From the NCBI GenBank assembly GCA_043822705.1, contig JBDRBK010000063.1, positions 1-24,249 on the forward strand: a DNA stretch of 24,249 nucleotides. The letters run 5' to 3'. The DNA comes from Fidelibacterota bacterium. Lineage in GTDB: Bacteria > Fidelibacterota > Marinisomatia > Marinisomatales > TCS56. The notes under the pieces are model-generated. The model had not been told where the DNA came from. It saw only the letters and a program-made list of their open reading frames with translations, and made no database searches. This document shows, piece by piece, positions 8,070-19,960 of this stretch. A program made the translations under genes and the position numbers. Position 1 is the stretch's first letter. Each line of letters opens with the position of its first letter.

Positions 8070-9995
8070 ATGAAGATGTTTCAAAATCTGAGTGTACAGA
8101 AAAAACTGTTTGTATCATTATTGCCGCCGCTGGCGCTGGTGATCGTGATCGCGACAGTTTTGCTCTACAACAGCCAGGCCAAGGAAACCACGGCAACACA
8201 AAACGACGGACTGGTTCGGATATTGGAAAAGACGGAGACGGAGCTGCAAATCTGGGTTGATGAAAAATTCAATGATGCTGTTCGCTTCAGCAAATTGCCG
8301 GTATTTGTCGATGCCTGCCTCGGCAATCGCCGTGAGGAAGCACAAACAGCCTTGACCAACATGCTGGCGGTTTCCAAGGAATATGAGAACCTTTTCCTGG
8401 CGGATAAAACCGGGAAAATATTTCTGCTGGGCGCCGGAAATGCCGCCGCTTTGAATATTGATATCAGTCAAATTCCGGTTTACCAGGAGAACGCCCGCAA
8501 AGCCACCCGTGGCGAACGCTATATCGGTAATGCCGGTGTTTCCCCCGTTTCCGGACGTCCCGTGGCATTAATGACCGTCCCGATCTTCAGTAACGGTGAG
8601 GTTGTGGGAATCATTGGCACGCCGGTGGAACTGATGGAATTTTCCTCGCAGTATATATCGAATTTCAGTCTCGGTGAATCGGGCTATATGTATATGATGG
8701 ACTACCAGGGAATCGTACTGGCTTATCCTGATGAGACCCAGATCATGAAACTGGACTTGTCCAAATACAGTTTCGGCCCCAAGATGCTGGAAATGAAAAA
8801 TGGTTATTTCAATTATGACTGGCAGGGCAAGGACGTGGTAGTTCATTTTCGCACCAACGCCAGCACCAACTGGATGATTGCCATTCGCCAGAATACGGAA
8901 GAATTCATGACGGCGGTCAAAAAAATGGCGGTATCGCTGGCGATCATGGGCGTGGTGTTGATCCTGATTGCAGCGCTGGTCGTCTGGCTGTCTGCACGCC
9001 TGATCGTGACCACCTTGGTTAAGGTTGTCGATATGTTGAAGGATATCGCTCAAGGCGAAGGCGACCTGACCCGCCGGCTTGATCTTGATTCCAAGGATGA
9101 GCTGGGTCAACTGGCGCGCTGGTTCAATATTTTTGTCGATAAACTGCATTCGGTCATCAGTCAGGTAAAAATCAGTTCCGAACAGGTGACCACCGCCTCG
9201 CAGGAAATATCAGCCAGCAGTGAAGAATTAGCCTCGGGTGCCGAAGAGCAGCAGTCCCAGACCTCGGAAGTAGCCACTTCGGTGGAAGAGATGGCCGCTA
9301 CGATCCTGCAGTCGTCGAACAATACAAATACCGCTTCCGCCTCCGCCAAGAAAGCTGCCAATGTGGCCACTAACGGCGGTGGTATCGTGCAGCAGACGAT
9401 CGCCGGCATGCAGCGGATCAGTGACGCCGTACGCAGTTCCGCCCAACGGATCGAGGAATTGGGGCGTCAGTCCGAGGAGATCGGCCAGATCATCAAGGTG
9501 ATCGATGATATTGCCGATCAAACCAACCTGCTGGCGTTGAATGCCAATATCGAAGCCGCCCGTGCCGGTGAACAGGGACGCGGCTTCGCCGTTGTGGCCG
9601 ATGAAGTCCGGGTGCTGGCCGAACGGACCACTAAGGCCACAGCGGAAATTGCCGAAATGATTAAAGGCATCCAGGGCAGTACCGGCACCGCCGTCAGCGC
9701 CATGGATGATGGTATCAAAGAGGTGAACTCCGGTGTCGAATTGGCCGGAAAGGCTGGCTCGGCGCTGGAAGAGATTATCGCCGTAGTCAATGAGGTCGAC
9801 AACGTGATCAGTCAGGTGGCGGCCGCGGCGGAACAACAAAGCGCCGGTGCCGAAGAAATATCGGCCAACGTCGAAGGTATCAGCACCGTTACCAAGCAAT
9901 CTGCTACCTCCGCCCAGCAGATGGCCTCGGCGGCGCAGCAACTGAGCGAGGAATCGGAAGCGTTGAACGCACTGATAAAACAGTTCAAGTTATAG
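8070..9995 (+). CDS. Methyl-accepting chemotaxis protein with a dCache sensor
   Basis: Periplasmic '[12 protein letters not shown]...SPVSGRPV...VPIF...VVGII...[19 protein letters not shown]...WMI' dCache pattern, followed by HAMP and a signalling domain with ~140 residues per arm (about class 40H). Confidence 0.94.
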   Translation: MKMFQNLSVQKKLFVSLLPPLALVIVIATVLLYNSQAKETTATQNDGLVRILEKTETELQIWVDEKFNDAVRFSKLPVFVDACLGNRREEAQTALTNMLAVSKEYENLFLADKTGKIFLLGAGNAAALNIDISQIPVYQENARKATRGERYIGNAGVSPVSGRPVALMTVPIFSNGEVVGIIGTPVELMEFSSQYISNFSLGESGYMYMMDYQGIVLAYPDETQIMKLDLSKYSFGPKMLEMKNGYFNYDWQGKDVVVHFRTNASTNWMIAIRQNTEEFMTAVKKMAVSLAIMGVVLILIAALVVWLSARLIVTTLVKVVDMLKDIAQGEGDLTRRLDLDSKDELGQLARWFNIFVDKLHSVISQVKISSEQVTTASQEISASSEELASGAEEQQSQTSEVATSVEEMAATILQSSNNTNTASASAKKAANVATNGGGIVQQTIAGMQRISDAVRSSAQRIEELGRQSEEIGQIIKVIDDIADQTNLLALNANIEAARAGEQGRGFAVVADEVRVLAERTTKATAEIAEMIKGIQGSTGTAVSAMDDGIKEVNSGVELAGKAGSALEEIIAVVNEVDNVISQVAAAAEQQSAGAEEISANVEGISTVTKQSATSAQQMASAAQQLSEESEALNALIKQFKL

Positions 9996-10002
9996 ACGGG
10001 AG

Positions 10003-10569
10003 ATGAAAATGAATACAACCAAGGTTAATTCCGCTGAGACCGGCAACGGTAAAATCAGCCGTTACAGCGATCAGTTGTTGCAACTAGTCGGCTTCCGGTT
10101 GGGCGCGGAACTTTTCGGTGTTGATATTCTGAAAGTACAGGATATCAACCGCATGATGGCCGTGACCAAGATACCCCATTCGCCGGAATTTGTGGAAGGT
10201 GTGATCAATCTGCGTGGAACGATCCTGCCTGTGATCGACCTGCGCAAACGCTTCGGTCTGGAAGAAGGCGACTATACCAAATCCAGCCGGATTGTGGTGG
10301 TCGACGTCAGTGGACAGAAAGTCGGTTTCGTAGTGGATGCCGTCGAGGAAGTGCTTCGTGTTCCCGGCAACACCATCGAACCGCCGCCACCGATTGTCTC
10401 CGGTGTCGATTCGGATTACATCGAAGGCGTCGGCAAATTGAATGACGCTAAAAACGGCAACGCCGAGCGACTGCTGATCCTGCTCAATCTGGACCAGGTC
10501 CTGAACAACGAGGAACAGGAAAAGATGAAACAGACGGTCGCGATCGAACAGGACGTAATCGAGGTCTGA
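10003..10569 (+). CDS. cheW: Chemotaxis adaptor CheW
   Basis: 'QLVGFRLGAELFGVDILKVQDI...TKIPHSPEFVEGVINLRGTILPVIDLRKRF...VGFVVDAVEEV' is canonical CheW. Confidence 0.96.
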   Translation: MKMNTTKVNSAETGNGKISRYSDQLLQLVGFRLGAELFGVDILKVQDINRMMAVTKIPHSPEFVEGVINLRGTILPVIDLRKRFGLEEGDYTKSSRIVVVDVSGQKVGFVVDAVEEVLRVPGNTIEPPPPIVSGVDSDYIEGVGKLNDAKNGNAERLLILLNLDQVLNNEEQEKMKQTVAIEQDVIEV

Positions 10570-10592
10570 TCCGGCAGGCAGGAAAGTTGAAG

Positions 10593-10632
10593 TTAAGTCG
10601 GTGCCGGCGTGGCGGTGCCGGTGCCGGCTTAA
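10593..10632 (+). terminator. Hairpin between convergent cheW and histidine kinase
   Basis: TTAAGTCGGTGCCGGC (10593-10608) pairs with GCCGGTGCCGGCTTAA (10617-10632), giving 16 bp with three G-U pairs on the + transcript. The U-tract is weak. Confidence 0.5.
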
Positions 10633-13600
10633 TTCTGATCCAACAAGGCTCTGACTTTTACGGCAATATCGATCTTGCGAAATGGTTTCTGCAACAGTTC
10701 GATGATTGGATTATCGACAAAATTTTTAAAAGCAGTCCCTGGCGCGTAACCACTGATAAACAGGAATTTTACTTTTGCATCCAGATGGTTGATTTTTTCG
10801 AATAATTCGATACCGCCCATTTCGGGCATCACTACATCCGACACGATCAGTTTGATTACATCCTGATTATCGATGTAGGCATTGTAGGCCTCCAGGCCGT
10901 TGCCGGCGGAAATGATTGTATAGCCGCAGTTTTCCAGGATTGATTTAGTGATGCCCAGCAGATCGGGATCATCTTCCACCAACAGCAAGGTCTCGCTGCC
11001 GCCGGGTACATTCTCGTCGGTCCACAGTTCTTCCTGTATTATCTGAGCACCCAATGCCGGGAAATACAACTGAAAACTGGATCCGATACCGACTTCACTG
11101 ATGCATTCCAGAAATCCGCCGTGCTGCTTGACCAGTCCGTAGACCATGGCCAGGCCAAGCCCGGTTCCCCTACCCGTGCCCTTGGTGGTGAAGAATGGTT
11201 CGAAGATCCGGCTGAGAGTGATTTCATCCATCCCGGTACCGTTATCGGTGACCGTCAGACAGATATACTGTCCCGGTTCGAGCTCGGAGCGGGAATGGCA
11301 GAATTCCTGATCAAGGTAGACATTGCCGGTGGTCAGCTTCAGTTCGCCACCATTGGGCATGGCATCCCGAGCATTGATGCACAGGTTGGTAATTATCTGA
11401 TCGATTGCCGTTGGATCGGCATTGATCGTATGCAGGTTGGCGGCCAGATCGACACTGACGATAATATTCTCGCCGATGACCCGTTGCAGAAATCGGATCG
11501 AATCTTCAATATTCGAATTCAGACTGAGATAGCGCATATGCAGAACCTGCCGGCGACTGAAGGCCAGTAACTGGCGCACGAGAACAGCGGCGCTGTCACA
11601 TTTTTCGACTATATATTTGAGATACTTGGACACGATCTCGTCGTCGCTCACACGACTGAGAGCCAGTTCAGTGTAGCCCATGATACCGCCCAGCATGTTG
11701 TTGAAATCGTGGGCGACACCGCCGGCCAGTTGGCCGATGGCCTCCATCTTCTGCGCCTGTTGTAACTGCGCTTCCAGATTCAGTTTTTCCGAAACGTCAC
11801 GCATTACCCCCTGGATCGCCGGTCGGCCCTGATAGGTAATCAGGCTTCCCAGTGTTTCCACGTCGAATTCGGTCAGGTCGATCCGTCGGGCTTTATAGGT
11901 GAAACTGGTCGCGTTATCGATTCCAGATTCGCGGAGCTGTATAATGCGCGCGACCGTTTCCAAATCCTCGGCGGCGATCAATTCCAGCAGATCGTGGCCG
12001 CTGGCTGCGCCGGGATCACCGAAACCGAACATATCGGCAAAACGCTGGTTGCAGAATTGAATTTTCTGATCCTGGATGATGTACATCCCTTCCATGGTGT
12101 TTTCGATGATCGTGCGATATTTGGCTTCACTCTCGCGCACCGCCTGTTCGGTACGGCGTTGTTCGGTGATGTCAAGAATGTATCCCAGATAGTTCACAAC
12201 TTCGCCGGTGGTATTTTTTATCACCGTGGTATAATCGTTGACCCAGATCAGACTACCGTCTTTTTTTCTGAGTCGGTATGGTTTATGTTCGAAGCTGGGC
12301 TGATCATTCGCTGTGTACGTATGGACTTCACGGGCCAGAATTCTCCAATCTTCTTCAGGCACCAGATCTTTGTAAATTACTTTACCAGAGATGAACTCCT
12401 CGACGGTGTAGCCCAGCACGCGTTTAACATTAGCCGAAACATACTCGACCGGTTGCGCGCCGCTTATATTCCACTTGAAGATCACCGCGGGACCGCTGAC
12501 GAACATATTCTGCTGCTGGATCAGAGTGCGGTTGAGCTGGGTCAGGGCCTCTTCCACCTGGACCCGGTCGGTGATATCCACTACGATTCCCCGGACGCCG
12601 ACCGGCTGGCCATCGCGAAGCACCGGTGAAGAATAAATGATCACCGGAAAGACCGAGCCGTTCTTACGCCTGGCCATATATTGGACCGGCTCCCGTTTCC
12701 ATCCCGTCAGGACAGCGGCAAAATTCAGCCGGGCCTTTTCGCGGTCTTCCGGGATCAGCATATCAAAAGCGCTGAAGCCTGGTTCAAGATCATCTTCCGT
12801 ATAACCGAATTTTTTGTAGGCGATCCGGTTGGTGAAAGTCAGGGTACCGTCGATATCGGTCTCATAGATCGTTTCCGGCAGCAATTCGGCAATATCGCGG
12901 AATTTGCGTTCGCTCACCTGGAGTGATTTTTCCGTCAGCTTCCGGTCGGTGATGTCATAAGAGATTATTAAGACCGTCTCGATCGACTCGTCAATATTTT
13001 TCAGCGGATGGATGTCGGAAGCCAGCCAGCTTTCGCCGGTGGGGAATACAACCAGACTTTCGACATGCTGTTTATCTCCGCTGACAATCACCTGCTGAAT
13101 TTGTTTGAGTAATTGATCGGCCTCTTTAGGATAAATCTGTCTTATATTCTTTCCGATAAAATCTTCCTGGGCACCGCCAAGGTGATGAGCGACAATCTTA
13201 TTCATCAGGACACAGGTACCGGTACGGTCATAGATTGAGACGAATATATCGGCATCATCGTAAAGCTGACGGTATTTGGCCTCACTTGCCCGCAGGGCAT
13301 CGTCGGCCAGTTTTCTTTCAGTGATGTCGATTCCGACACCGAAGAAATATTCAAACTCACCATTATTGCCGTAAACCGATCTTCCATGCCATTCGACCAT
13401 CAATTCCCGTCCGTCTTTGGTCAGAACCTGGTTCTCGTTTACCGTCGGTTCGGAGAAGCTGGCCAATCGTTGGAAAATCGGTACCAGATCCGCCCGGTTT
13501 TTTTCCGGAATGATTTTAGTCAGGTAGTCCGTTCCGACGACTTCATCCAGACTGTACCCCAGAGCCTTGAGCATGGACCGGTTCATCATGATCGTTTTGT

Positions 13601-16043
13601 GTTCGGCATTAATGGCTACAAAAAAGGCGGGATTGGTTTCGATCAGGGCGCTGTTGAAATTCTTTTCCCGCTGCAATAAATCGGTCGCCAGGCGGCTTTC
13701 GGTGATATCGCGACCGACACCAATGATTTCCCGGACTTTATTATGTTCATCCAGCACCGCTTTATCGGACCAGGCCAGCCAGCGCCAGCCGGTTTTAGTA
13801 AAAGCCCGTTGTTCCACGTAACAGGTGTATGGTGGCTGGTACAATTTTTCCATTTCCCGGGCGGTTAACTCACGATCTTCTTCGTGTACCAGTGGCAGGT
13901 AGCGCTGGCCGATCAATTCGGATTCGGACTTCCCGAATAATTCGCAATAGGTCGGGCTGACAAACAGAAATCGACCTTCCAAATCAACCTTGACCACCAG
14001 ATCGGTCTGTCCCTCGATCAGCAGCCGGTATTTTTCTTCGCTTTCCTTCAGGGCAAATTCGGCCTGTTTGCGATCGGTTATATCGCGAATCGTCTCAATA
14101 GCGCCATAGCGCTTGCCTTCACTGTCCAATAGTGACGATGCCTTGATCCAGACATGGGCGCCTTTTCCATCATACATTTTGGAGAGAAATGCTTCGGTGT
14201 AGATATAGTTATCGCTGCGCAGCACCAGGTTATAATGCTTTTCTAACTCCGGATTCTCTTCATCCAGGAGATCGATCGTAACTGGCCGCCGCTCCTGGTA
14301 GAACGGCAGCGCATATTCATAATTCCCCTTTCCCAGCATATTCACCGCCGGCACGCCGGTCATTTCCTGCAGAGCCCGGTTCCAGGCGACGATACGTTTT
14401 TCGCTGTCAATTACGAAGGTCGCGTCCGGTAAAAATTCGACAATGTCAATCATCTGCTGCAAAGCGATCCGTAATTTTTCCTCGGCTGTTTTACGATCGG
14501 TGACGTCGATGACCGCCACCTGTACCGCCGGTTCACCACCGTATTCGATTTGATTGGAAAAAATTTCGAACCAACGCAGGGAACCGTTCCGGTGATATGC
14601 CCGTATCTCATAATTCGATTCGACATTTTTATGGGCCAGCCGGTTGTGATAATTGTCGAGCAAAAGTTGTCGATCGTCGGGATGGAACCGATCGATCAGG
14701 ATATTGGTCGGCGCGGACTGAAGCTCGGCCTGCGAGAAGCCGATCATTTCCAAAAACGCCGCATTCATATAGCGGATGTCCAAATCCGGTCCCTGGAAGA
14801 TTACAATCCCCTGTAGCGACTGTTCCGCCAGCATCCGGTATTTATATTCGCTTTCCCGTAGCGCCTCTTCCGCCAACCGCCGCTCGGTCACATCACGGGT
14901 AACCGAAAGCACACTGGTAATTATTCCTGTGTTGTCCCGCAGGGGAGTGACATGCGATTCCAGCCAGCGATGGGTGCCGCGCAGACCGGTAATACCGAAT
15001 TCAAAGATTCCGTCGCGGCCGGTAAAAGCAGCCCGCGCGGTCTGTTTATAGGTTTCCAGGTCCTTGGAATCGATATAGGGATAGAGCGGCCGATTGACAA
15101 TATTTTCAAGCGATTCCGCTTCCATCATCACCAGTCCGGCGGGATTCATATATTTGATTCGGTCCGCCGGGTCGATGATTTTGACACATTCCGGTTCGTG
15201 ATCGAGAATGGCCCGTAGTCGCTGCTCGCTATCGCGCAGGGCGTTTTCCGCCTGTTTGCTATCGCTGATGTCACGTTTAATTCCAACATGACAGAGCGGT
15301 GCGCCGTTGTCATCATAGACGGTAAAGGCTGATAATTCGACCGGGAATTCCACTCCTGATTTAGACGTGCAGATTACTTCATCCCGGTATTCGCCCTTCT
15401 CTGCCAGATGCCGGGCAATATCTTTGAAACAGTCTTCACCCAGATGAATCGCCGGCGTTTTCCCGACCAGTTCCTGATCGGAATAGCCGATCATTCTCCG
15501 GTGAGCATCGTTCTGTTCGAGGTATTTCCCCTCCAGATCGATGATCGCCACGCCATCTTTGGAATTGTTAAATATATTCTTATATAATTTGGAAATCTTG
15601 TGGGTTGTTGTGAATTTGGTAATATCACGGATTATTCCGGTGATTCCCGGTGCACCTTTCCTGAATTGCGCTGATATTTCCAGAATTTTACCCCGGAATT
15701 CGATTTCCAGATAATCATGGGATTTACCGGACAGGACTTGTTTTACTATCGCCAGCAGGCTTTTCACACTACCAGCATCGACATTTTTTCTGACCAGACT
15801 GACCGCGGTCTGCCCGACTAGTTGATCGGCCGGGATGCCGGTAATTTCCGTTATCGCCGGATTGACCTCAAGCACTTTGCCGCGCTTGTCAACATATACG
15901 ATACCGTCGCTGGCTTGATCGATAATGGTGTGGAAGCGCTTGGTTTTTCCCGACAGCTCGGCGTTTATATCCTGCTGGGCTTTTAAAGATAATTCCAAAT
16001 CTTGAATTCGGCGGTTGAGGTCGACAGTATTCGTTTTGTTCAT
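10629..16043 (-). CDS. Soluble hybrid sensor histidine kinase (about 11 PAS domains, HisKA, HATPase, receiver)
   Basis: Eleven PAS repeats ending in D(I/V)(T/S). H-box '[21 protein letters not shown]', N/G/F boxes '[10 protein letters not shown]', 'DNGTGMD', 'FEPFFTTK', 'GTGLGL'. Receiver 'LLVEDD...SDVVMP...SGY...KPF'. No TM segment. Confidence 0.95.
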   Translation of the reverse strand: MNKTNTVDLNRRIQDLELSLKAQQDINAELSGKTKRFHTIIDQASDGIVYVDKRGKVLEVNPAITEITGIPADQLVGQTAVSLVRKNVDAGSVKSLLAIVKQVLSGKSHDYLEIEFRGKILEISAQFRKGAPGITGIIRDITKFTTTHKISKLYKNIFNNSKDGVAIIDLEGKYLEQNDAHRRMIGYSDQELVGKTPAIHLGEDCFKDIARHLAEKGEYRDEVICTSKSGVEFPVELSAFTVYDDNGAPLCHVGIKRDISDSKQAENALRDSEQRLRAILDHEPECVKIIDPADRIKYMNPAGLVMMEAESLENIVNRPLYPYIDSKDLETYKQTARAAFTGRDGIFEFGITGLRGTHRWLESHVTPLRDNTGIITSVLSVTRDVTERRLAEEALRESEYKYRMLAEQSLQGIVIFQGPDLDIRYMNAAFLEMIGFSQAELQSAPTNILIDRFHPDDRQLLLDNYHNRLAHKNVESNYEIRAYHRNGSLRWFEIFSNQIEYGGEPAVQVAVIDVTDRKTAEEKLRIALQQMIDIVEFLPDATFVIDSEKRIVAWNRALQEMTGVPAVNMLGKGNYEYALPFYQERRPVTIDLLDEENPELEKHYNLVLRSDNYIYTEAFLSKMYDGKGAHVWIKASSLLDSEGKRYGAIETIRDITDRKQAEFALKESEEKYRLLIEGQTDLVVKVDLEGRFLFVSPTYCELFGKSESELIGQRYLPLVHEEDRELTAREMEKLYQPPYTCYVEQRAFTKTGWRWLAWSDKAVLDEHNKVREIIGVGRDITESRLATDLLQREKNFNSALIETNPAFFVAINAEHKTIMMNRSMLKALGYSLDEVVGTDYLTKIIPEKNRADLVPIFQRLASFSEPTVNENQVLTKDGRELMVEWHGRSVYGNNGEFEYFFGVGIDITERKLADDALRASEAKYRQLYDDADIFVSIYDRTGTCVLMNKIVAHHLGGAQEDFIGKNIRQIYPKEADQLLKQIQQVIVSGDKQHVESLVVFPTGESWLASDIHPLKNIDESIETVLIISYDITDRKLTEKSLQVSERKFRDIAELLPETIYETDIDGTLTFTNRIAYKKFGYTEDDLEPGFSAFDMLIPEDREKARLNFAAVLTGWKREPVQYMARRKNGSVFPVIIYSSPVLRDGQPVGVRGIVVDITDRVQVEEALTQLNRTLIQQQNMFVSGPAVIFKWNISGAQPVEYVSANVKRVLGYTVEEFISGKVIYKDLVPEEDWRILAREVHTYTANDQPSFEHKPYRLRKKDGSLIWVNDYTTVIKNTTGEVVNYLGYILDITEQRRTEQAVRESEAKYRTIIENTMEGMYIIQDQKIQFCNQRFADMFGFGDPGAASGHDLLELIAAEDLETVARIIQLRESGIDNATSFTYKARRIDLTEFDVETLGSLITYQGRPAIQGVMRDVSEKLNLEAQLQQAQKMEAIGQLAGGVAHDFNNMLGGIMGYTELALSRVSDDEIVSKYLKYIVEKCDSAAVLVRQLLAFSRRQVLHMRYLSLNSNIEDSIRFLQRVIGENIIVSVDLAANLHTINADPTAIDQIITNLCINARDAMPNGGELKLTTGNVYLDQEFCHSRSELEPGQYICLTVTDNGTGMDEITLSRIFEPFFTTKGTGRGTGLGLAMVYGLVKQHGGFLECISEVGIGSSFQLYFPALGAQIIQEELWTDENVPGGSETLLLVEDDPDLLGITKSILENCGYTIISAGNGLEAYNAYIDNQDVIKLIVSDVVMPEMGGIELFEKINHLDAKVKFLFISGYAPGTAFKNFVDNPIIELLQKPFRKIDIAVKVRALLDQN

Positions 16044-16214
16044 ATATCTTTATTCCTCACGGCAGTTTTGGGCAAAGATATGGTGTTGTTCAAGCGGTTG
16101 GTCAATCATTGAGAAATTACTAAAAAAAATGCTAAATCTTACTATCGGTAAGAAAGAATAATAACAGACCGTCGAAGATTGCCGGATTACTGTCACCGGG
16201 TTAATTCGCCGTAA

Positions 16215-19200
16215 CTATTTTTTATCAAGGATTTCCCGCACTTTATCGGCCAGTATTACCCCGCGTATCGGTTTTTGAATGATTTCTTGTTGTTCCGTGC
16301 TGATTTTCTTGTAAAAGGCCGTATCCGGGGCATAACCGGTCATGAACAGGAATCGGACTTCCGAATTCAGGGCACGGATTTTCTCGAACAGATGCACACC
16401 GCTTATTTCAGGCATGATCACGTCGGTTATTACCAGTCGGATCTCTGCCTGATGTTCCAGAAATTTGCCGTAGGCTGTATTACCGTCGGTGGCGATGAAT
16501 ACTTTGTAACCGTAGTTTTTTAACAGTGCTTCGGTAATCACCAGCAGATCGCAATCGTCCTCGACCACCAGAATCGTTTCCCGGCCCCCCGGAACCTTAC
16601 TGGTGGCTTTTTGCTCATGGCTGTTGGATTCCGCCTGGTGAGCGGGAAAATACAATTCGATCGTGCTGCCCTGTCCGGGCGAACTGATAATATTGATAAA
16701 TCCGTCATGCTGCTTAGTCAGGCCGTAGACCATGGACATCCCCAATCCGGTGCCCTTGCCGACATCTTTGGTCGTGAAGAATGGTTCGAAAATCCGTTGC
16801 TGGACGAGTTCGTCCATTCCACAACCGGTGTCGGAAATTTTCAGACAGACAAACCGGCCCGCTACGACTACGGGGTTGTTGGGAATTGAGGCATTGTCGA
16901 CGGTAATATTATCCGTCTGAATCGACAGGGTACCACCGTCCGGCATCGCATCGCGGGCGTTGAGACAGATGTTGGTGATAATCTGATCCAGTGCGGTCAA
17001 ATCGGCCTTTATCAGATCGATATCAGGATTGAGATTACGGATAATTCTGATGTTTTCGCCGATGACGCGTTGCAAAAATTTGATTGATCCTTTGATTACC
17101 GTATTCAGATTCAGGACTTGCCGATTCAGCACCTGCTGGCGACTGAAAGCCAACAATTGCTGGACCAATGTGGCGGCATTACTGCATTTTTCAATGATAT
17201 TGTCAAGATATTCACCGGTGGCGGCATGATCGTTGATATGTGACTGTGCCAGTTCGGCAAAACCCAGGATGCCGCCCAGCATATTGTTGAAATCATGGGC
17301 GACGCCCCCGGCCAGATGTCCGATCGCTTCCATTTTCTGAGATTGCTGTAGCTGGTTTTCCAGGTCCTTCTGCTGGGATATATCTTCCACCGTACCTTCA
17401 ATATAGCACAAGCCACCGGAGTCATCGAAAATCGCCCGGGCGTTTTCACGCAGATACAGAATCGTACCGTCAGGCCGGGTCCACTCGGCTTCCCACCCGG
17501 CAACTTTGCCTTCTGAATTGATCTGAGCCAGGAGATCTTCGCGATTATAATTGTGCCCGGAAAAACTGCCCTGAATCAAACTATTCCGGGACAATTCCTG
17601 GATCGAAGTGAAACCGAGCATGTCCAGTAGCGCCGGATTGGCCATCAAAAGTTCGCCATCCGGTGTAGTGCGGTAGAATCCAAGGGGCGAATTGTCAAAT
17701 AATTCCCGATAGCGGGTCTGACTCTGTCGCAGTGCTTCTTCGGTTCGTTTTTTTGCGATTGTCTCGGAAATCTGGTTTGCCAGAAATTCGAGAATCTCCA
17801 GATCGCGACAGGTGTAGGCATCCTGTTTGTCGTAGTGGTAAATCGCCATTACGCCGATCAGTTTATTTTCGAAGCTAAGTGGTACGCCCAGCCAGATTTT
17901 CGGAACGCTACCGATGACTGACAACTCGCCTTTTTCGGTTAATGAGTTGATCTCCGCAATGGTAAGTAATTGCGGTCGCCCGCTATTCAACACATAAGCT
18001 ATGGTACCTTTACCTGGTGCCAGTACCCCGGGATGGGGATCTTTCTGGTCCATGAAAAACGGAAATTCAAGCAGCTCCTTTTCCTCATCCCAGAGCGCGA
18101 CATAAAAATTACCGGCATCCAGGACTGCCCCGAGTTCTTTATGCGTGACTTCACAAAGTGTTTTTACATCCGGCACCAGGCTGCTGGCCCGGGCGATCTG
18201 AAACAGGGCGGTTTCCAGTTTCAACGATTGCTGCAGTTCCGCCTCGGCTAATTTTCTTTCGTGAATATCGGTCATAAAATTCAATGTTGCCGGCCGGCCA
18301 TCAATCTGAATCAGAACCACATTGACTTCGACCCAGCGAATTTGACTGCTGGAACAGACAATCCGAAATTCATATTTATTGGGTACATTTTCTCCACTGA
18401 ACCGGCGGATATGGTAATTCAGTGTCATTGCTCGGTCATCGGGATGAACGTAACGGAATATATCGCCCTGGAGAAAGTCCGCTTTTTCGTATCCGGTTAT
18501 CTCCAGTAGTTTGGGATTAACGAAGACGAAACGTCCGTCCTGGTTGATGAAAATAGCCTCATTGGCATTTTCAATGACCAGCCGGTAATTTTCCTCGGCC
18601 TTTTTCAGTCGAGTGATATCCAGATACATGGTTTTGGTGCCAATGGTCCGTCCGGTGCTGTCGAGATCCGGAATCGAACGAATCAGGGCGTTGATTATTT
18701 TTCCCTCCCGGGAGATGAAGTCACGTTCTTCCAGATCGAATTTGCCCTCAATGGCTCGTTTATATCCGCCACCGCCATATAATTGTTGCTGGGATTCTTC
18801 GGTATAAAAATGGTGGATCGATTTGCCGATAATCACCTCACGGGGATAGCCAAGGTTGCTAACGAACAAATTATTACAATCGGTTATTATCGGTTGTCCG
18901 GCCTGATTTCGAGTCGTCAGGTACATTATTGGCGCATCATCGAATAATTTCCGGTAATACAGTTCGGTTTTCAGTCGCGACTCTTCGTTCTGTTTCCGCC
19001 GTGTTATATTCCGAGCGATGATCAATAAACCATTTATCGGCGGACTGAATACCAGATCATGGATGACCAGTTCAACATCGATCCAGCCACCGTTTTTATG
19101 TCGCAGTTTTATCTCGGCCGGCGTGATCATCGACCCGGCGTTCAATGTTTTGTACCGCTGCTTATCGAGCTCGACCCGGTCTTCGGAACGGACCAATTCG

Positions 19201-19370
19201 GTGGCGGTGCGGCCGATCAGTTCCTGTGGTTGAAAACCAAGATTTTTTTCGACCGCCGGAGTCGCATGAAGAATGCGGAAATCGGTGTCGGTAATCCAGA
19301 CGATATCGTTGAGATATTGGATAATTGTCTGAAAAAATGTCGGGTCTGATTCATTAATCGCAATACTCAT
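16215..19370 (-). CDS. Soluble hybrid sensor histidine kinase (PAS x3, GAF, PAS, HisKA, HATPase, receiver)
   Basis: PAS repeats, a GAF domain ('NFYVALWD...WLGVPL...IGVMAI...[12 protein letters not shown]'), H-box '[21 protein letters not shown]' and receiver 'ILVVEDD...TDVIMP...TGY...KPI'. Confidence 0.95.
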   Translation of the reverse strand: MSIAINESDPTFFQTIIQYLNDIVWITDTDFRILHATPAVEKNLGFQPQELIGRTATELVRSEDRVELDKQRYKTLNAGSMITPAEIKLRHKNGGWIDVELVIHDLVFSPPINGLLIIARNITRRKQNEESRLKTELYYRKLFDDAPIMYLTTRNQAGQPIITDCNNLFVSNLGYPREVIIGKSIHHFYTEESQQQLYGGGGYKRAIEGKFDLEERDFISREGKIINALIRSIPDLDSTGRTIGTKTMYLDITRLKKAEENYRLVIENANEAIFINQDGRFVFVNPKLLEITGYEKADFLQGDIFRYVHPDDRAMTLNYHIRRFSGENVPNKYEFRIVCSSSQIRWVEVNVVLIQIDGRPATLNFMTDIHERKLAEAELQQSLKLETALFQIARASSLVPDVKTLCEVTHKELGAVLDAGNFYVALWDEEKELLEFPFFMDQKDPHPGVLAPGKGTIAYVLNSGRPQLLTIAEINSLTEKGELSVIGSVPKIWLGVPLSFENKLIGVMAIYHYDKQDAYTCRDLEILEFLANQISETIAKKRTEEALRQSQTRYRELFDNSPLGFYRTTPDGELLMANPALLDMLGFTSIQELSRNSLIQGSFSGHNYNREDLLAQINSEGKVAGWEAEWTRPDGTILYLRENARAIFDDSGGLCYIEGTVEDISQQKDLENQLQQSQKMEAIGHLAGGVAHDFNNMLGGILGFAELAQSHINDHAATGEYLDNIIEKCSNAATLVQQLLAFSRQQVLNRQVLNLNTVIKGSIKFLQRVIGENIRIIRNLNPDIDLIKADLTALDQIITNICLNARDAMPDGGTLSIQTDNITVDNASIPNNPVVVAGRFVCLKISDTGCGMDELVQQRIFEPFFTTKDVGKGTGLGMSMVYGLTKQHDGFINIISSPGQGSTIELYFPAHQAESNSHEQKATSKVPGGRETILVVEDDCDLLVITEALLKNYGYKVFIATDGNTAYGKFLEHQAEIRLVITDVIMPEISGVHLFEKIRALNSEVRFLFMTGYAPDTAFYKKISTEQQEIIQKPIRGVILADKVREILDKK

Positions 19371-19445
19371 ATTGTGGTCCCATATTCGGAGAATCTGAAT
19401 TAGACGTTTGCGGCAAATAGCTTGCGGGTCAATGCTACTTTAGCA

Positions 19446-19453
19446 TTATCGGC
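19446..19453 (-). promoter_or_regulatory. Possible sigma28 -10 box upstream of the 19370 kinase
   Basis: The minus strand reads GCCGATAA, the exact FliA -10 consensus, about 75 nt upstream of the ATG. There is no convincing TAAA -35 at the proper spacing. Confidence 0.3.
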
Positions 19454-19838
19454 AATTTTTGCTATCCCAAATGAAGCGGCTGATACTTAAACGCAACCTG
19501 CAATATTAATACCGCCGGGTGTCCTGATTCTGCTTAATTGACAATTGCGGGCAATTTAATCTGAAAATCTTTTAAACTGGCGACCCAAGTACATAATAAT
19601 ATTATAATAATATGGATTTGCCAGGCGTGCATCAATTCAAAATATTAAAACAGGTCGAAACTAATAATTAGTGTTTTAAGGAAAGTTTTTCCTTCTTGGA
19701 TAATTGGATTGGGTCACCGGCGACAGCCGCTGGTATGGATATTCTTTTTATATGGATATGATTATATTGTATTAATGCCATATTAAATATACAACTCGAT
19801 GGTTTGTCTGGTAATGTGGCAGCCGGTCCTGATTGGGG

Positions 19839-19855
19839 CTGGCATGATTATTGGT
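19839..19855 (+). promoter_or_regulatory. Putative sigma54 promoter of the second chemoreceptor cassette
   Basis: CTGGCATGATTATTGGT has the same CTGGCA-N6-TTG pattern as at 409 and 3787. An AT-rich tract lies upstream, and the ATG is at 19961. Confidence 0.5.
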
Positions 19856-19960
19856 CATTTTTATTCACCCGATTGAATTAGGGGGCCCTGATTTGGTCCA
19901 GCAGCCGGGACGAGTCAGTGCTGAGTATCGGGTAAAACGCAATCGAGGAGCAGCAAAAGC

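Noticed and set aside
9228..9941. Long antisense ORFs within MCP and kinase genes (e.g. 237 aa here; 8568-9149; 11994-12629)
   Set aside because: Shadow ORFs opposite well-supported genes, caused by codon bias and recurring at equivalent positions in paralogues.
19570..19593. Loose similarity of TTTTAAACTGGCGACCCAAGTACA to 3846-3872
   Set aside because: It needs gaps and lies on opposite sides of the respective promoters, so it is likely chance.
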